DNA of 64,000 nucleotides from a virus, in the IMG/VR virus record IMGVR_UViG_3300017731_000001; one strand, given 5' to 3'. Of this stretch, positions 27,847-37,051 are shown piece after piece; the first letter of the stretch is position 1, and each line of letters starts with the position of its first letter. A program made the position numbers and the translations under genes. The notes beneath the pieces were generated by a model that saw nothing but the letters and a program-made list of their open reading frames with translations, did no database searches and was not told where the DNA came from.

Positions 27847-28173
27847 ATGAGTTTTTTTAACTCTGAAATTGTTCGGGAAGAACTAGAAATTATTAATGAA
27901 TTGCAAAGTGAAATATTTGAAGAATTATCATCTTTTCCGATTCTAACTACGCAACAAAAAAACGAACACATTGAGAAAATGACATCATTGTTGGAAAAAC
28001 AACAACTGATGTATACAAGAGTGTCTCTTTCTGATGATCCACAAGCGATTAGAATGAAAGAAGAATTGCAGAAGTCACTTATCTTAATGGGATTCCCGCC
28101 CAATACAAATGTCAATACATTTTTTGAAACCATGACTCAGACAATTAAAAATCTGAAATTAAATGTTGACTGA
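27847..28173 (+). CDS. DUF1825-like conserved protein
   Basis: MSFFNSEIVREEL...LLEKQ...R.SLSDDP.A. Confidence 0.7.
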   Translation: MSFFNSEIVREELEIINELQSEIFEELSSFPILTTQQKNEHIEKMTSLLEKQQLMYTRVSLSDDPQAIRMKEELQKSLILMGFPPNTNVNTFFETMTQTIKNLKLNVD

Positions 28174-28194
28174 CTGCAAAATTTTTGCTATAAT
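28166..28194 (+). promoter_or_regulatory. Sigma70-type promoter of gene 32
   Basis: TTGACT-17 bp-TATAAT with TGn extension. Confidence 0.8.
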
Positions 28195-28239
28195 ATCCAA
28201 GTAAATCCAATCAATCCAACCCAATCCGAGGTAATCCAA

Positions 28240-29154
28240 ATGTCTTTCGCAGACCTTAAAAAGCAATCCAAACTGGGTTCTTTGACTGCCAAACTAGTCA
28301 AAGAAGTCGAAAAAATGAATAATGCAGGTAGTTCAGGTGATGAACGCCTATGGAAACTAGAGTGTGATAAAGGCGGCAATGGTTATGCCGTTATTCGTTT
28401 CCTGCCTGCTCCTGAAGGTGAAGACCTTCCATTTGTAAAACTATACTCCCATGCCTTCCAAGGTCCTGGTGGATGGTATATTGAGAACTCTCTGACTACT
28501 CTGGGTCAGAAAGACCCTGTGTCAGAATACAATACTTCTCTGTGGAACAATGGCACAGATGCAGGTAAAGAAACCGCACGTAAGCAGAAGCGTAAACTGA
28601 CTTATGTTGCAAACATCTATGTTGTCAAGGATCCTGCTAATCCTGATAATGAAGGTAGGGTCATGCTCTACAAATTCGGTAAGAAAATCTTTGACAAACT
28701 CACTGCTGCAATGCAACCCGAGTTTGAAGATGAGGAAGCAATTGATCCATTTGACTTCTGGCAGGGTGCTAACTTCAAGTTGAAGGCAAAGAACGTTGCC
28801 GGTTATCGTAATTATGACTCTTCTGAGTTTGCCCGTCAGGATGCTCTCCTAGACGACGATGATGCGATGGAAGGAATCTGGAAGAAAGAATATTCTCTTG
28901 CAGAATTCGTCGGTGCCGATCAATTCAAATCTTATGAAGACTTGAAGAAGCGTCTTGGATATGTTCTAGGCAACTCAATTCGCAATTCCACAGACGAAGA
29001 ACTTGAGGATGAAAGTGAAGGTCGCGGTCCTGTACCTTCTTCACTTCCAGAAAATCTTCAGGATGAACTTAACAGTCTAAAACCAACTACTTCATCTGCT
29101 TCGATTGAAGAAGATGATGATACGCTATCTTACTTTGCTAAACTAGCAGAATAA
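28240..29154 (+). CDS. gp32: Single-stranded DNA-binding protein gp32
   Basis: D.RLWK, GNGYAVIRFLP, WYIENS.TT, FGKKIFDK, NYD.S.F, acidic tail. Confidence 0.95.
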   Translation: MSFADLKKQSKLGSLTAKLVKEVEKMNNAGSSGDERLWKLECDKGGNGYAVIRFLPAPEGEDLPFVKLYSHAFQGPGGWYIENSLTTLGQKDPVSEYNTSLWNNGTDAGKETARKQKRKLTYVANIYVVKDPANPDNEGRVMLYKFGKKIFDKLTAAMQPEFEDEEAIDPFDFWQGANFKLKAKNVAGYRNYDSSEFARQDALLDDDDAMEGIWKKEYSLAEFVGADQFKSYEDLKKRLGYVLGNSIRNSTDEELEDESEGRGPVPSSLPENLQDELNSLKPTTSSASIEEDDDTLSYFAKLAE

Positions 29155-29158
29155 TTAC

Positions 29159-29183
29159 AAGAGGTCTTCGGACCTCTTTTTTT
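29159..29183. terminator. Terminator between convergent genes
   Basis: AAGAGGTC-TTCG-GACCTCTT followed by a T-run. Confidence 0.85.
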
Positions 29184-29829
29184 ATGATGAGGTGACTCTA
29201 GTATTTTCTGTTCTTATCAGATTCTCATTCACATACTCAGATGATCTAGAGTAAATCATTTCTTCACGCATATCATTAAGGAATTGTTGTAGATATGATT
29301 CTTTTAGAAGATAAATTGATCTCTTGGCATCATTCTTTCTGACTTCATATTCATAGTTAGATATTCCATTGATTGGAGATATTGTTTCGATATAAAAGTC
29401 AGGATTTGGAATTTTAAAAGTAGAATCAACAACCTTACCTTTAGGTAAAATCAATCTACCATTAGCATCTTTTACTTCTCTAGTTTCATAGTGATGCACA
29501 TCATTTAATTGAGTACCATAAATCTCTAATGAATAATTATAAATCTGTCTATCCGAGAGTGGCCATTCATTTCTAACATTAATAATACCGGCAGTCATCA
29601 GAACAACCCAATCAAGTTCTGCATCACCATATAATTCTTCTGCCACAGTATCGGGTCTTGCACCTTCTACAATCTCATACTTATTGAAGATAGTAAAGAC
29701 ACTCTGCAAGTCATCACGAAGTTTGCATCTCCTGAAGAGATTCTTGACTCTTAGATAGTTTGAAGATGAATCACTATCAGATAAAAATGACTGATAGTCT
29801 AGTTCTGGTAGTTCTCTGAAGTATCCCAT
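29182..29829 (-). CDS. gp53: Baseplate wedge subunit gp53
   Basis: YF..LP, RPD.VA..LYG....W.VL, HHYET. Confidence 0.85.
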   Translation of the reverse strand: MGYFRELPELDYQSFLSDSDSSSNYLRVKNLFRRCKLRDDLQSVFTIFNKYEIVEGARPDTVAEELYGDAELDWVVLMTAGIINVRNEWPLSDRQIYNYSLEIYGTQLNDVHHYETREVKDANGRLILPKGKVVDSTFKIPNPDFYIETISPINGISNYEYEVRKNDAKRSIYLLKESYLQQFLNDMREEMIYSRSSEYVNENLIRTENTRVTSS

Positions 29830-29830
29830 T

Positions 29831-30910
29831 TTAGTATCCTACTCCTCCTGGAGCTAATGTAATATCATCGCCCATGGCGTCACTTGTATAATTATCATCA
29901 TAATCAATATCATAAATTGGTGCGAGTTCTTTAAATGCTAAAGTCATCTCCATAGAAACTGGTGTTCCATCATCATAAGTTGAATATACACCTTCACCAG
30001 TGTAATTTACAGAAATATTTTCCAGGAAACACTGTTTAAATCTATGTAAGAACTGATGTTCTCCATTTCCTTGTCGATATCTTAATTCAAAAACATTTGG
30101 TGTTTTTAAGAATAAATTTCCAGAACCTGCTTTAGGAGCCATGCCTCTTTTGAAAAATCTAATTATATGTTTTATCTCTTCTGCTTCACTTGAACTTCTT
30201 GGCATCATCTTAAAGGTAAAATTAAAATTTCTCAGTGTTGGTCCATTGAAAAGTAACTCCATGTTTGGGTTAAAGACCTGACCACTTTCTCTTGCCAATA
30301 ATTGATTAATAGAAACATTAGCACCAAAAAGGTTGACAGCTTGGGAGGCAAAATATTTTGTCGCTATATCTTGAGCGTTCTGAAGATCAATTCCACTTGC
30401 TTCCAATCCACCTCTAGCTTGTTCTACAAATACTTTTCCTGCTGTTCCAAAGTCTCCTCTGAGTACTGCTGGAGCCACACCTTTCATTATTCCCTCTACC
30501 GAACCCAAACCAGCACCAATTAATGAATTCATGCTGTCATCAGTATAATTTACTGAATTGCCATCTTGAATATTTGAAGGTATTGGAAGTAGAATAGTTC
30601 CTAATGGTTGCTTATTGCCATTTCTTCTAAATCCTGATCTAGTATCCTTGGCATAACTACTATACTTAGTTCTGTTTGCGCCAGTATCGTATGTTTCTTT
30701 TCTAATTGCTTTTTCTGGATTTATAAAAGGTCCCAAAAATACTTCTCTAGTTCCCATAACCGCTTCTTGCCCATCGGCCCGAGCCACAGGAGCATAATCC
30801 AACATATCAATCTGAAGGTAATCGGTCCCATCCGTAAACATCTTCAGTGGATATCTCAGAACTTGTTTATTGCGACCTCTACCACTACGATTAAATTTTA
30901 CGGCTGCCAT
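29831..30910 (-). CDS. gp48: Baseplate tail-tube cap gp48
   Basis: LRYP, I.LPIP, NPN.ELLF.GP.LR.F.F.F, C.L..I.VNY. Confidence 0.8.
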   Translation of the reverse strand: MAAVKFNRSGRGRNKQVLRYPLKMFTDGTDYLQIDMLDYAPVARADGQEAVMGTREVFLGPFINPEKAIRKETYDTGANRTKYSSYAKDTRSGFRRNGNKQPLGTILLPIPSNIQDGNSVNYTDDSMNSLIGAGLGSVEGIMKGVAPAVLRGDFGTAGKVFVEQARGGLEASGIDLQNAQDIATKYFASQAVNLFGANVSINQLLARESGQVFNPNMELLFNGPTLRNFNFTFKMMPRSSSEAEEIKHIIRFFKRGMAPKAGSGNLFLKTPNVFELRYRQGNGEHQFLHRFKQCFLENISVNYTGEGVYSTYDDGTPVSMEMTLAFKELAPIYDIDYDDNYTSDAMGDDITLAPGGVGY

Positions 30911-30935
30911 TACATGACTATTTTCGTTTCCATAT

Positions 30936-31283
30936 TTATTTAGTCACGAATTTCGCATAATTAATATTTTTTAAATCATCAAACTCATCAATATCAACAA
31001 TATAAAGTTGTCCTGCAAGTTCTGCCCATGTATATGCTCTAGATTGTTTCCAGTGCATGTTAATGCCTACGAATCCCCACTGATAAACTCCGGTGCAGGC
31101 AATAAGTGGATGTTGATCATATTCAATGTTAGGTGTCTTTGCATTATAAACAAAAGTATAATAACCGCCCGGATCAGGAACAGGAGTCACTGTTCTATTC
31201 AGAGCACTCATGATTTCCATCATTTTGTCTTCTGGATCAGTCATTCCGATAATCTTATCTTTAATCCTTTCTATACGATTCAT
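30936..31283 (-). CDS. gp2-like (DNA end protector) protein
   Basis: YTFVYNAKT...YDQHPL...GINMH; located next to gp4. Confidence 0.5.
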   Translation of the reverse strand: MNRIERIKDKIIGMTDPEDKMMEIMSALNRTVTPVPDPGGYYTFVYNAKTPNIEYDQHPLIACTGVYQWGFVGINMHWKQSRAYTWAELAGQLYIVDIDEFDDLKNINYAKFVTK

Positions 31284-31717
31284 CTGATACCCAACTCATC
31301 CTCTGTTAGAACTTTGAACTCCCATTGTCTATCTTCACAGAATTCTTTTGCTGCTTTCCACTTTGCCTGATTCTTGGCATACTCGCAAACTTCATAGACA
31401 TAACCCTTAGTTTTTCTTTTCTGAACTTTGGGTTCAATGCATTGTTTTTTAGGTTTGATTTCAATCACGTATTTTTTAATCTTACCACCTCTTTCTTTAA
31501 CCTTGATATAGAAGTCTGGAAAGTATCTGTGATATCTATTATCAATGGGCGAAACATATGGCAACACAATCTCTTCACTTCCCCATTCTAATATATTCTC
31601 ATTAGAATCACAATATTTCATAAACTTTAATTCCCACAAAGACCTATAAACAATATTAGTATAATCACCTCTATATTTTTCTGGATATGATGGACGATAT
31701 TTTCCCTTATAAGACAT
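31280..31717 (-). CDS. gp4: Head completion nuclease gp4
   Basis: YRSLWE..FM..CD, WGSEE, RYFPDF, IEIKP, N.AKW.AA. Confidence 0.9.
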   Translation of the reverse strand: MSYKGKYRPSYPEKYRGDYTNIVYRSLWELKFMKYCDSNENILEWGSEEIVLPYVSPIDNRYHRYFPDFYIKVKERGGKIKKYVIEIKPKKQCIEPKVQKRKTKGYVYEVCEYAKNQAKWKAAKEFCEDRQWEFKVLTEDELGIR

Positions 31718-31757
31718 CTAAATACTTAATAATGTAATACTCCTGAAAGGTATTTAG
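31718..31757. promoter_or_regulatory. Crossed divergent late promoters
   Basis: CTAAATA on + (31718-31724) and TATTTAG, i.e. CTAAATA on - (31751-31757). Confidence 0.65.
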
Positions 31758-31758
31758 A

Positions 31759-32811
31759 GTGGCAAATAGGATAGTTAAAAAGTTTGCGATGAAGGATATG
31801 AGAGAATTGGTCGGTGACCTTTCTCAGACAAATCATTATATGGTAAGTTTTTCTACATTGAATTCCACTCTGATGAGTTATATTCAAAAGAGAATTGGTT
31901 TTCAAGAAGATGTAAGAAATTTTTTATCTAGAAAAACTGGTCTCCTTTGCTCTGAGGCATCATTGCCAACGAGTTCATTTGCAACTGGTGAAGTACGAGA
32001 TAATTTCATGGGTATTCCTCAGGAGTTTGCTCATACTCGTTTATATACTGATATTGACTTTACATTCTATGTTGATACGAATTATGTCAACCTAAAAATA
32101 TTTGAATCATGGATGGACTACATTGCCGGGGGATCAGAAGCAGAAATATCGGAATTGAATGAGGACTATTATAGAAGGATGAGATATCCTGATACTTATA
32201 AAGTTCAGACGATGTTCATCTCAAAGTTTGAAAGAGATTTCAACTCTCAAATAGATTATCAATTTATTAATGCGTTTCCAAAATTAGTCACCGCAATTCC
32301 TGTATCGTATGGTGCGGCAGATTTACTAAAAGTTTCTGTTCAATTTACATATGACCGATACATTGTGAATCCCAGAGGATCTATTAGAAAATCAAACACA
32401 AGTGGATTTAATGATATTGCTCGTGTGTCAAATGATACAACTGCTACTTCCACCACTCTTCCGTCAACTGGATCAGCAGCTGCCGATGAATACTTTAAGG
32501 ATAATAGAAATAGTTTACTTAACGATCCACGCGGAATCCCCTTTGATTATGATCCAACCAGATTAGGATTTCAAAATATTGATATTCCATCAAAGAAAGT
32601 ATTAGAAAGAAAACCTGAATCCGGCGCACAGGTGACATCATTACAAGTAACGCCACATCAAGCACCGGCAATAACACCAGAACAACAACGAGGACTAGAT
32701 GCAGCATCAACAGAAAGCACTAGAACAGGATATGTTGATCCATATAAACAGATGCGAAAAAATCAGGCAGATAGAGAAAAATTTAAAAATCGCCCCGATT
32801 TATTCTTTTAA
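31759..32811 (+). CDS. Tail-tube-fold baseplate protein (gp54/gp19-like)
   Basis: LLCSEASLP, FTFYVD, FESW..YI, Y.F.NAFP, V.F.Y; located between gp4 and gp26. Confidence 0.6.
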   Translation: MANRIVKKFAMKDMRELVGDLSQTNHYMVSFSTLNSTLMSYIQKRIGFQEDVRNFLSRKTGLLCSEASLPTSSFATGEVRDNFMGIPQEFAHTRLYTDIDFTFYVDTNYVNLKIFESWMDYIAGGSEAEISELNEDYYRRMRYPDTYKVQTMFISKFERDFNSQIDYQFINAFPKLVTAIPVSYGAADLLKVSVQFTYDRYIVNPRGSIRKSNTSGFNDIARVSNDTTATSTTLPSTGSAAADEYFKDNRNSLLNDPRGIPFDYDPTRLGFQNIDIPSKKVLERKPESGAQVTSLQVTPHQAPAITPEQQRGLDAASTESTRTGYVDPYKQMRKNQADREKFKNRPDLFF

Positions 32812-32817
32812 ATTGCC

Positions 32818-32825
32818 TATAAATA
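32818..32825 (+). promoter_or_regulatory. Late promoter TATAAATA
   Basis: Exact consensus upstream of gp26. Confidence 0.7.
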
Positions 32826-32853
32826 AAATTACTGAAGTGTTATTACAATTACC

Positions 32854-33576
32854 ATGCCTTTACCCAAGATTAATACACCGACCTATGAGTTGGTGTTGCC
32901 TTCTACCGGAAAGAAGATTAAATATAGACCCTTCCTTGTAAGAGAAGAAAAAATTCTTATTATGGCAATGGAATCTGAGGACATGAATCAGATTACCAGT
33001 GCAATCATTCAAATTATTAGTGATTGTCTTCTTGCCAAAGATATCAAGGTAGAATCTTTGGCAACTTTTGATATGGAATATTTGTTTTTGAATATTCGTG
33101 CAAAGTCTGTTGGTGAGACTGTAGAAGTCAATGTGACTTGTCCTGATGATAATGAAACTCAGGTTGAGATGTCTATCAATATTGATGACATCAAAGTTAA
33201 AAAGACCAGAGGACATAAGAACATCGTTAAACTTGATGACGAACTTTCAATGAAACTTAAGTATCCATCACTGGATCAGTTTATTGAAAATAATTTTGAC
33301 ACCGGGCAGACAAATAATGATATCTCCCAATCCCTTTCAATGATTACTTCATGTATTGAAATGGTCTATAATCAAGAAGAAAGTTGGGAAGCAAAAGACT
33401 GCTCTCAGAAAGAACTCAGTGAGTTTGTAGAGCAAATGAATACAAAACAATTTAAGCAAATTGAAAAGTTCTTTACTACAATGCCTAAACTATCACATGA
33501 GATTGCAGTGAAAAATCCAAATACTGGTGTTGAATCTGAAGTAGTTCTTGAGGGATTAGCATCTTTTTTCAGTTAG
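32854..33576 (+). CDS. gp26: Baseplate hub assembly protein gp26
   Basis: MPLPKI.TP.Y...LPS, YRPFLVREEK, FD.EYLFL.IRAKSVGE, LEGL.SFF. Confidence 0.9.
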   Translation: MPLPKINTPTYELVLPSTGKKIKYRPFLVREEKILIMAMESEDMNQITSAIIQIISDCLLAKDIKVESLATFDMEYLFLNIRAKSVGETVEVNVTCPDDNETQVEMSINIDDIKVKKTRGHKNIVKLDDELSMKLKYPSLDQFIENNFDTGQTNNDISQSLSMITSCIEMVYNQEESWEAKDCSQKELSEFVEQMNTKQFKQIEKFFTTMPKLSHEIAVKNPNTGVESEVVLEGLASFFS

Positions 33577-33578
33577 GT

Positions 33579-33758
33579 ATGTCTCATACGAATCTTGAGT
33601 CATACTTTAAGATAAATTTTGCTTTGATTCAGCATCATAAATACTCTTTAACAGAGATTGAAAATATGATTCCTTGGGAGAAGGATATCTATCTAACACT
33701 ACTTCAGCAATATATTGAAGAAGAAAATCTAAAGGCACAACAAAATAGTGGAAACTAA
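33579..33758 (+). CDS. gp51: Baseplate hub assembly chaperone gp51
   Basis: Manually translated: NFALIQHHKYSLTEIENMIPWEKDIY. Confidence 0.85.
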   Translation: MSHTNLESYFKINFALIQHHKYSLTEIENMIPWEKDIYLTLLQQYIEEENLKAQQNSGN

Positions 33759-35388
33759 CTTAGGGCAACAAACACCAAAACTAAATGTCACGAATATCTC
33801 ATCGGCAGTGTTCGGAAAAGAAGAAGGTGCTGCTTTAGGTGGGGAAAGTAGTATTGGAAAACTTGCAAGAATTTTAAGAACCACTCGTCTTAAAGTAAAT
33901 GAAGTTGAAAAAAGTATTACTGGAATATCTGCAAAATTTCTTGAAATAGAAAAAAGAATTACATTAAACCCTGAGAATATAACAGGTAATATAAAAAAAA
34001 CCGAAACAAACGCTGAAAAAATTACAAGACTCAAAAATATAATTCAAAATCAAAAAAGTAATATAGGAGAAAAATTACCCGGAAGCACCGAAGAAAAAGA
34101 AAAGGCAAAGTTAAATACAACACTGACAGAAACCAATAGAATTCTTGTAGAGATTCAGAAGCAACTTGCTTATGACTTTGCCATGAGAGTGGCAGAGGAT
34201 AAACAAGAGGTAGCAGAGGATAAGGAAGCAACATCTAAGGAAAGATTTAAGAGAGAAGAAAGTGCTCTAGAAAAATCTGCAAAAGCCATGGTCTCCACAG
34301 TTAAAACCGCAACCAAGAAAGTTGTTTCTCCGATTGGAAATATCTTCCAAAAACTACTAGCATTCATAGGAATTCTTGGTAAAGGTATAGCACTTAATGC
34401 TGCTTTTGAGTGGTTCAAAGATCCAAAAAATCGGGAAAAAATAACTAAGTTCTTTAATATTTTAAAGCAAAACTGGAAGTTGCTGCGAAATATATTATTG
34501 ACCGTAGTTGCTGCCGGAATAATAGTAAAAGTAGTAAGTGCTCTTACAGCATTAGGAGGTGTTCTTGCATTTTTAGCTTCTCCTATTGTATTAAAAGTTT
34601 TGGCGGCAATTGCTGCTGGCGTAGTAGCTTATAAAGCTGGAAAATTCCTAGTAGATGGGATTAGAAATTTAGCAGATGGAGGCGAAAATTTTACTAAAGC
34701 ATACGATCAATTAAATCAGCAATTAGAAGATGCTGGTATGACTTCGGCAGGTGTGAGTAAAAACAGAAGTCGTCAAGGGAATCGTAGATCCAGTAGTATA
34801 GGTGGTAGAAATGAGGAACAAGAAAAAGTATTTAAAGAAGTTTCGGGAAAAAGAGATAAATTGAAAGAATTAAGAAAGACTATGGATTCCGAAGTAAAAA
34901 CAAAACAAGGAGAAATAGATTATACAAAGTTGGGAGATAAACCTGGAACCGTGGGAGCAATGGGAAGTGGAACTGGATCTAATAAAAGTGCCGCACAAGC
35001 AAAAGTTAAAGCAGAAGTTGAAGAATCATACATTCCAAAAATTCAATCTATAATCGCTCCCGGTGGGATAGAAGGAAGAGCAATGGGTGGTCCTGTAACA
35101 GCAAAATCTCCATATCTCGTGGGAGAAGCTGGACCAGAAATCTTTACTCCAAATGTTGATGGTTCTGTAATTAATAATATGAGAACAGAAAAAATATATC
35201 AAATGCTTGCATCTGGAAAAAAAGGTAGGACGAGAATTGTAGAGTTGCCACCACAAACAATTGAAGGACCAAAACCAGAGATTAAAATGCCAAGAGGTCC
35301 GGCAACCAAGGCACCCAAAATTTCCAGTTCTAATTCTTTAGATGGTTATAGAAGTGTGAGTTCTGGAATTTACGGTATAATGGTGTAG
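33748..35388 (+). CDS. Tape-measure/baseplate-hub-like protein
   Basis: Coiled-coil, hydrophobic central helices, GGPV...YLVGE.GPE.F.P motif; downstream of gp26/gp51. Confidence 0.55.
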   Translation: METNLGQQTPKLNVTNISSAVFGKEEGAALGGESSIGKLARILRTTRLKVNEVEKSITGISAKFLEIEKRITLNPENITGNIKKTETNAEKITRLKNIIQNQKSNIGEKLPGSTEEKEKAKLNTTLTETNRILVEIQKQLAYDFAMRVAEDKQEVAEDKEATSKERFKREESALEKSAKAMVSTVKTATKKVVSPIGNIFQKLLAFIGILGKGIALNAAFEWFKDPKNREKITKFFNILKQNWKLLRNILLTVVAAGIIVKVVSALTALGGVLAFLASPIVLKVLAAIAAGVVAYKAGKFLVDGIRNLADGGENFTKAYDQLNQQLEDAGMTSAGVSKNRSRQGNRRSSSIGGRNEEQEKVFKEVSGKRDKLKELRKTMDSEVKTKQGEIDYTKLGDKPGTVGAMGSGTGSNKSAAQAKVKAEVEESYIPKIQSIIAPGGIEGRAMGGPVTAKSPYLVGEAGPEIFTPNVDGSVINNMRTEKIYQMLASGKKGRTRIVELPPQTIEGPKPEIKMPRGPATKAPKISSSNSLDGYRSVSSGIYGIMV

Positions 35389-35392
35389 TATC

Positions 35393-37045
35393 ATGCCTTT
35401 ACCTTTATTAGGAGCAGGAATAGGAAAAGCACTAGTTGTGGGGACGGCAAAAGCAGCTGTCGTAGGAGCAAAAGTTGGTGCTAAGGCAGCAGTTTCTTCG
35501 GGTAAGTTTTTTGCAAAGGGTGGTGCCAGTCTTGCTCGCGGTAGTGCCAGTCTTGCTCGCGGTGGTGCTAGAGTCGCAAGACAAGGTGGTAGGCAAGTTG
35601 TAAAAGGAGCAAAATTTTTCAAAAAGAAAGTTGGCGGTGTAAAAAGAAAAGGTGGTGAGATTTCTAAAAAACTCAAAGAAAATGCAACCAATCTTAGAGA
35701 TTCTCTTAAAAAGGGAAACAAAAATCAAGAAAAGTTGAGAGTAAAAAGAGTAGAAAGAAAGAAAAAGAAAGCAAGTATTGAAAAGAAACGAGAAAAAGAA
35801 AAAGAGTTAGAGTCAAAAAAATCAACCTCTGGATCAAAAAATATTTTATCGGGTTTGGCAAAATCTCCGTTGAGTATTTTTAATAAATTATTTGCCTTTG
35901 GTGGATTATTACTTGGTGGTATTCTTATCAATGCCACAAAGGGTCTTATAGACAAAGGCAAAAAGTTCATGGAAGACAATAAAGAACTTTTTGACACCAT
36001 TGGAAACTTTCTCAGTGGTATAAAAGATGCTGCTGTTGGATTTTTTGATTCTATCACCGGTCCAGAATCAGAAAAGGGTGCCTTTGATGATTTTGCTAAA
36101 TTTGATGATTTGGGAAATTTGGAAAGTGGCAAACTTAAAGATGTAGAAAATATTTACAATGGTTTTGGTGAATTAATTAATAAAATTGATAAAGCAATGG
36201 GTGGAGAAGGAACTGCAGGAAATGCTCTTATAGCTGATAAAAAAGTTCTTGCAGAAAAAGGTGGTAAAGAAGGAGTTCTTAATCAGACTACTGACGAATT
36301 TCAGGAAATGAAATTTACTAAGGAGCAAAGACAAAGATATGAACAAACTAAATCTGGTGTTAAACCAGACACAGTTACTGAAGACAAACCAGATGTTCCC
36401 TTAGAAATGAAAAAAGGGCATTATTATTTTCCTTTACCTAATGGACAGTTCAGTGGAGAGTCTGGGCAATATTATGGTGCAGGGAGATCTTATGGTGGTC
36501 ATGCCGGAATTGATCTAACAGAATCTCCACCATTTGGATCTAAAGCAAATATAGATGTTGTTGCAATGGTAGGTGGAAAAGTTATAGGTGATAAGTATCT
36601 TGCCGGAAAAAAATATATGTCCGGAATGATGATAAAAGGAAACGATGGGTATGATCAGAGATATCTTCATATGACTCCCATGGTATCAATTGGAGATTCT
36701 GTAAAAGCAGGTCAAAAAATTGGTGAGTTAGTTGATATGACAAATGTGACTGGTAATATTGATGAAACACATTTACATTTTGAAGTATATAAAAGGGGTC
36801 AAGGTGGACACTTAAGTCCTCATAAAGCATATCCACAATTTTTTGGAGCACCAAGATCTGCTCCCAAATCTCTTGACACCAGAGAAAAGGCAAGTGGCGG
36901 AAGAGTTTTTAGATCTATTGAAAATTCTAAAAAAGATATGATGACGAGTTTAATTAATCAACCAATGGATGATGAAGGAGGAGAAACCATCTTCATTCAA
37001 CGTGTAAATAATATACAATATATTCCAATCCCAGTAACAGCATAA
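35393..37045 (+). CDS. Tail-associated protein with C-terminal M23 peptidase
   Basis: HAGID, YLHM, V..GQ.IG, HLHFE; basic N-terminus. Confidence 0.75.
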   Translation: MPLPLLGAGIGKALVVGTAKAAVVGAKVGAKAAVSSGKFFAKGGASLARGSASLARGGARVARQGGRQVVKGAKFFKKKVGGVKRKGGEISKKLKENATNLRDSLKKGNKNQEKLRVKRVERKKKKASIEKKREKEKELESKKSTSGSKNILSGLAKSPLSIFNKLFAFGGLLLGGILINATKGLIDKGKKFMEDNKELFDTIGNFLSGIKDAAVGFFDSITGPESEKGAFDDFAKFDDLGNLESGKLKDVENIYNGFGELINKIDKAMGGEGTAGNALIADKKVLAEKGGKEGVLNQTTDEFQEMKFTKEQRQRYEQTKSGVKPDTVTEDKPDVPLEMKKGHYYFPLPNGQFSGESGQYYGAGRSYGGHAGIDLTESPPFGSKANIDVVAMVGGKVIGDKYLAGKKYMSGMMIKGNDGYDQRYLHMTPMVSIGDSVKAGQKIGELVDMTNVTGNIDETHLHFEVYKRGQGGHLSPHKAYPQFFGAPRSAPKSLDTREKASGGRVFRSIENSKKDMMTSLINQPMDDEGGETIFIQRVNNIQYIPIPVTA

Positions 37046-37051
37046 TTTAAT

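Noticed and set aside
24279-29154. Introns, inteins or homing endonucleases in thyX, phoH or gene 32
   Set aside because: The ORFs are continuous and of normal length.
31280-31717. TnsA-like nuclease suggesting a transposon
   Set aside because: Sequence and synteny fit head completion protein gp4; no transposon ends or partner genes.
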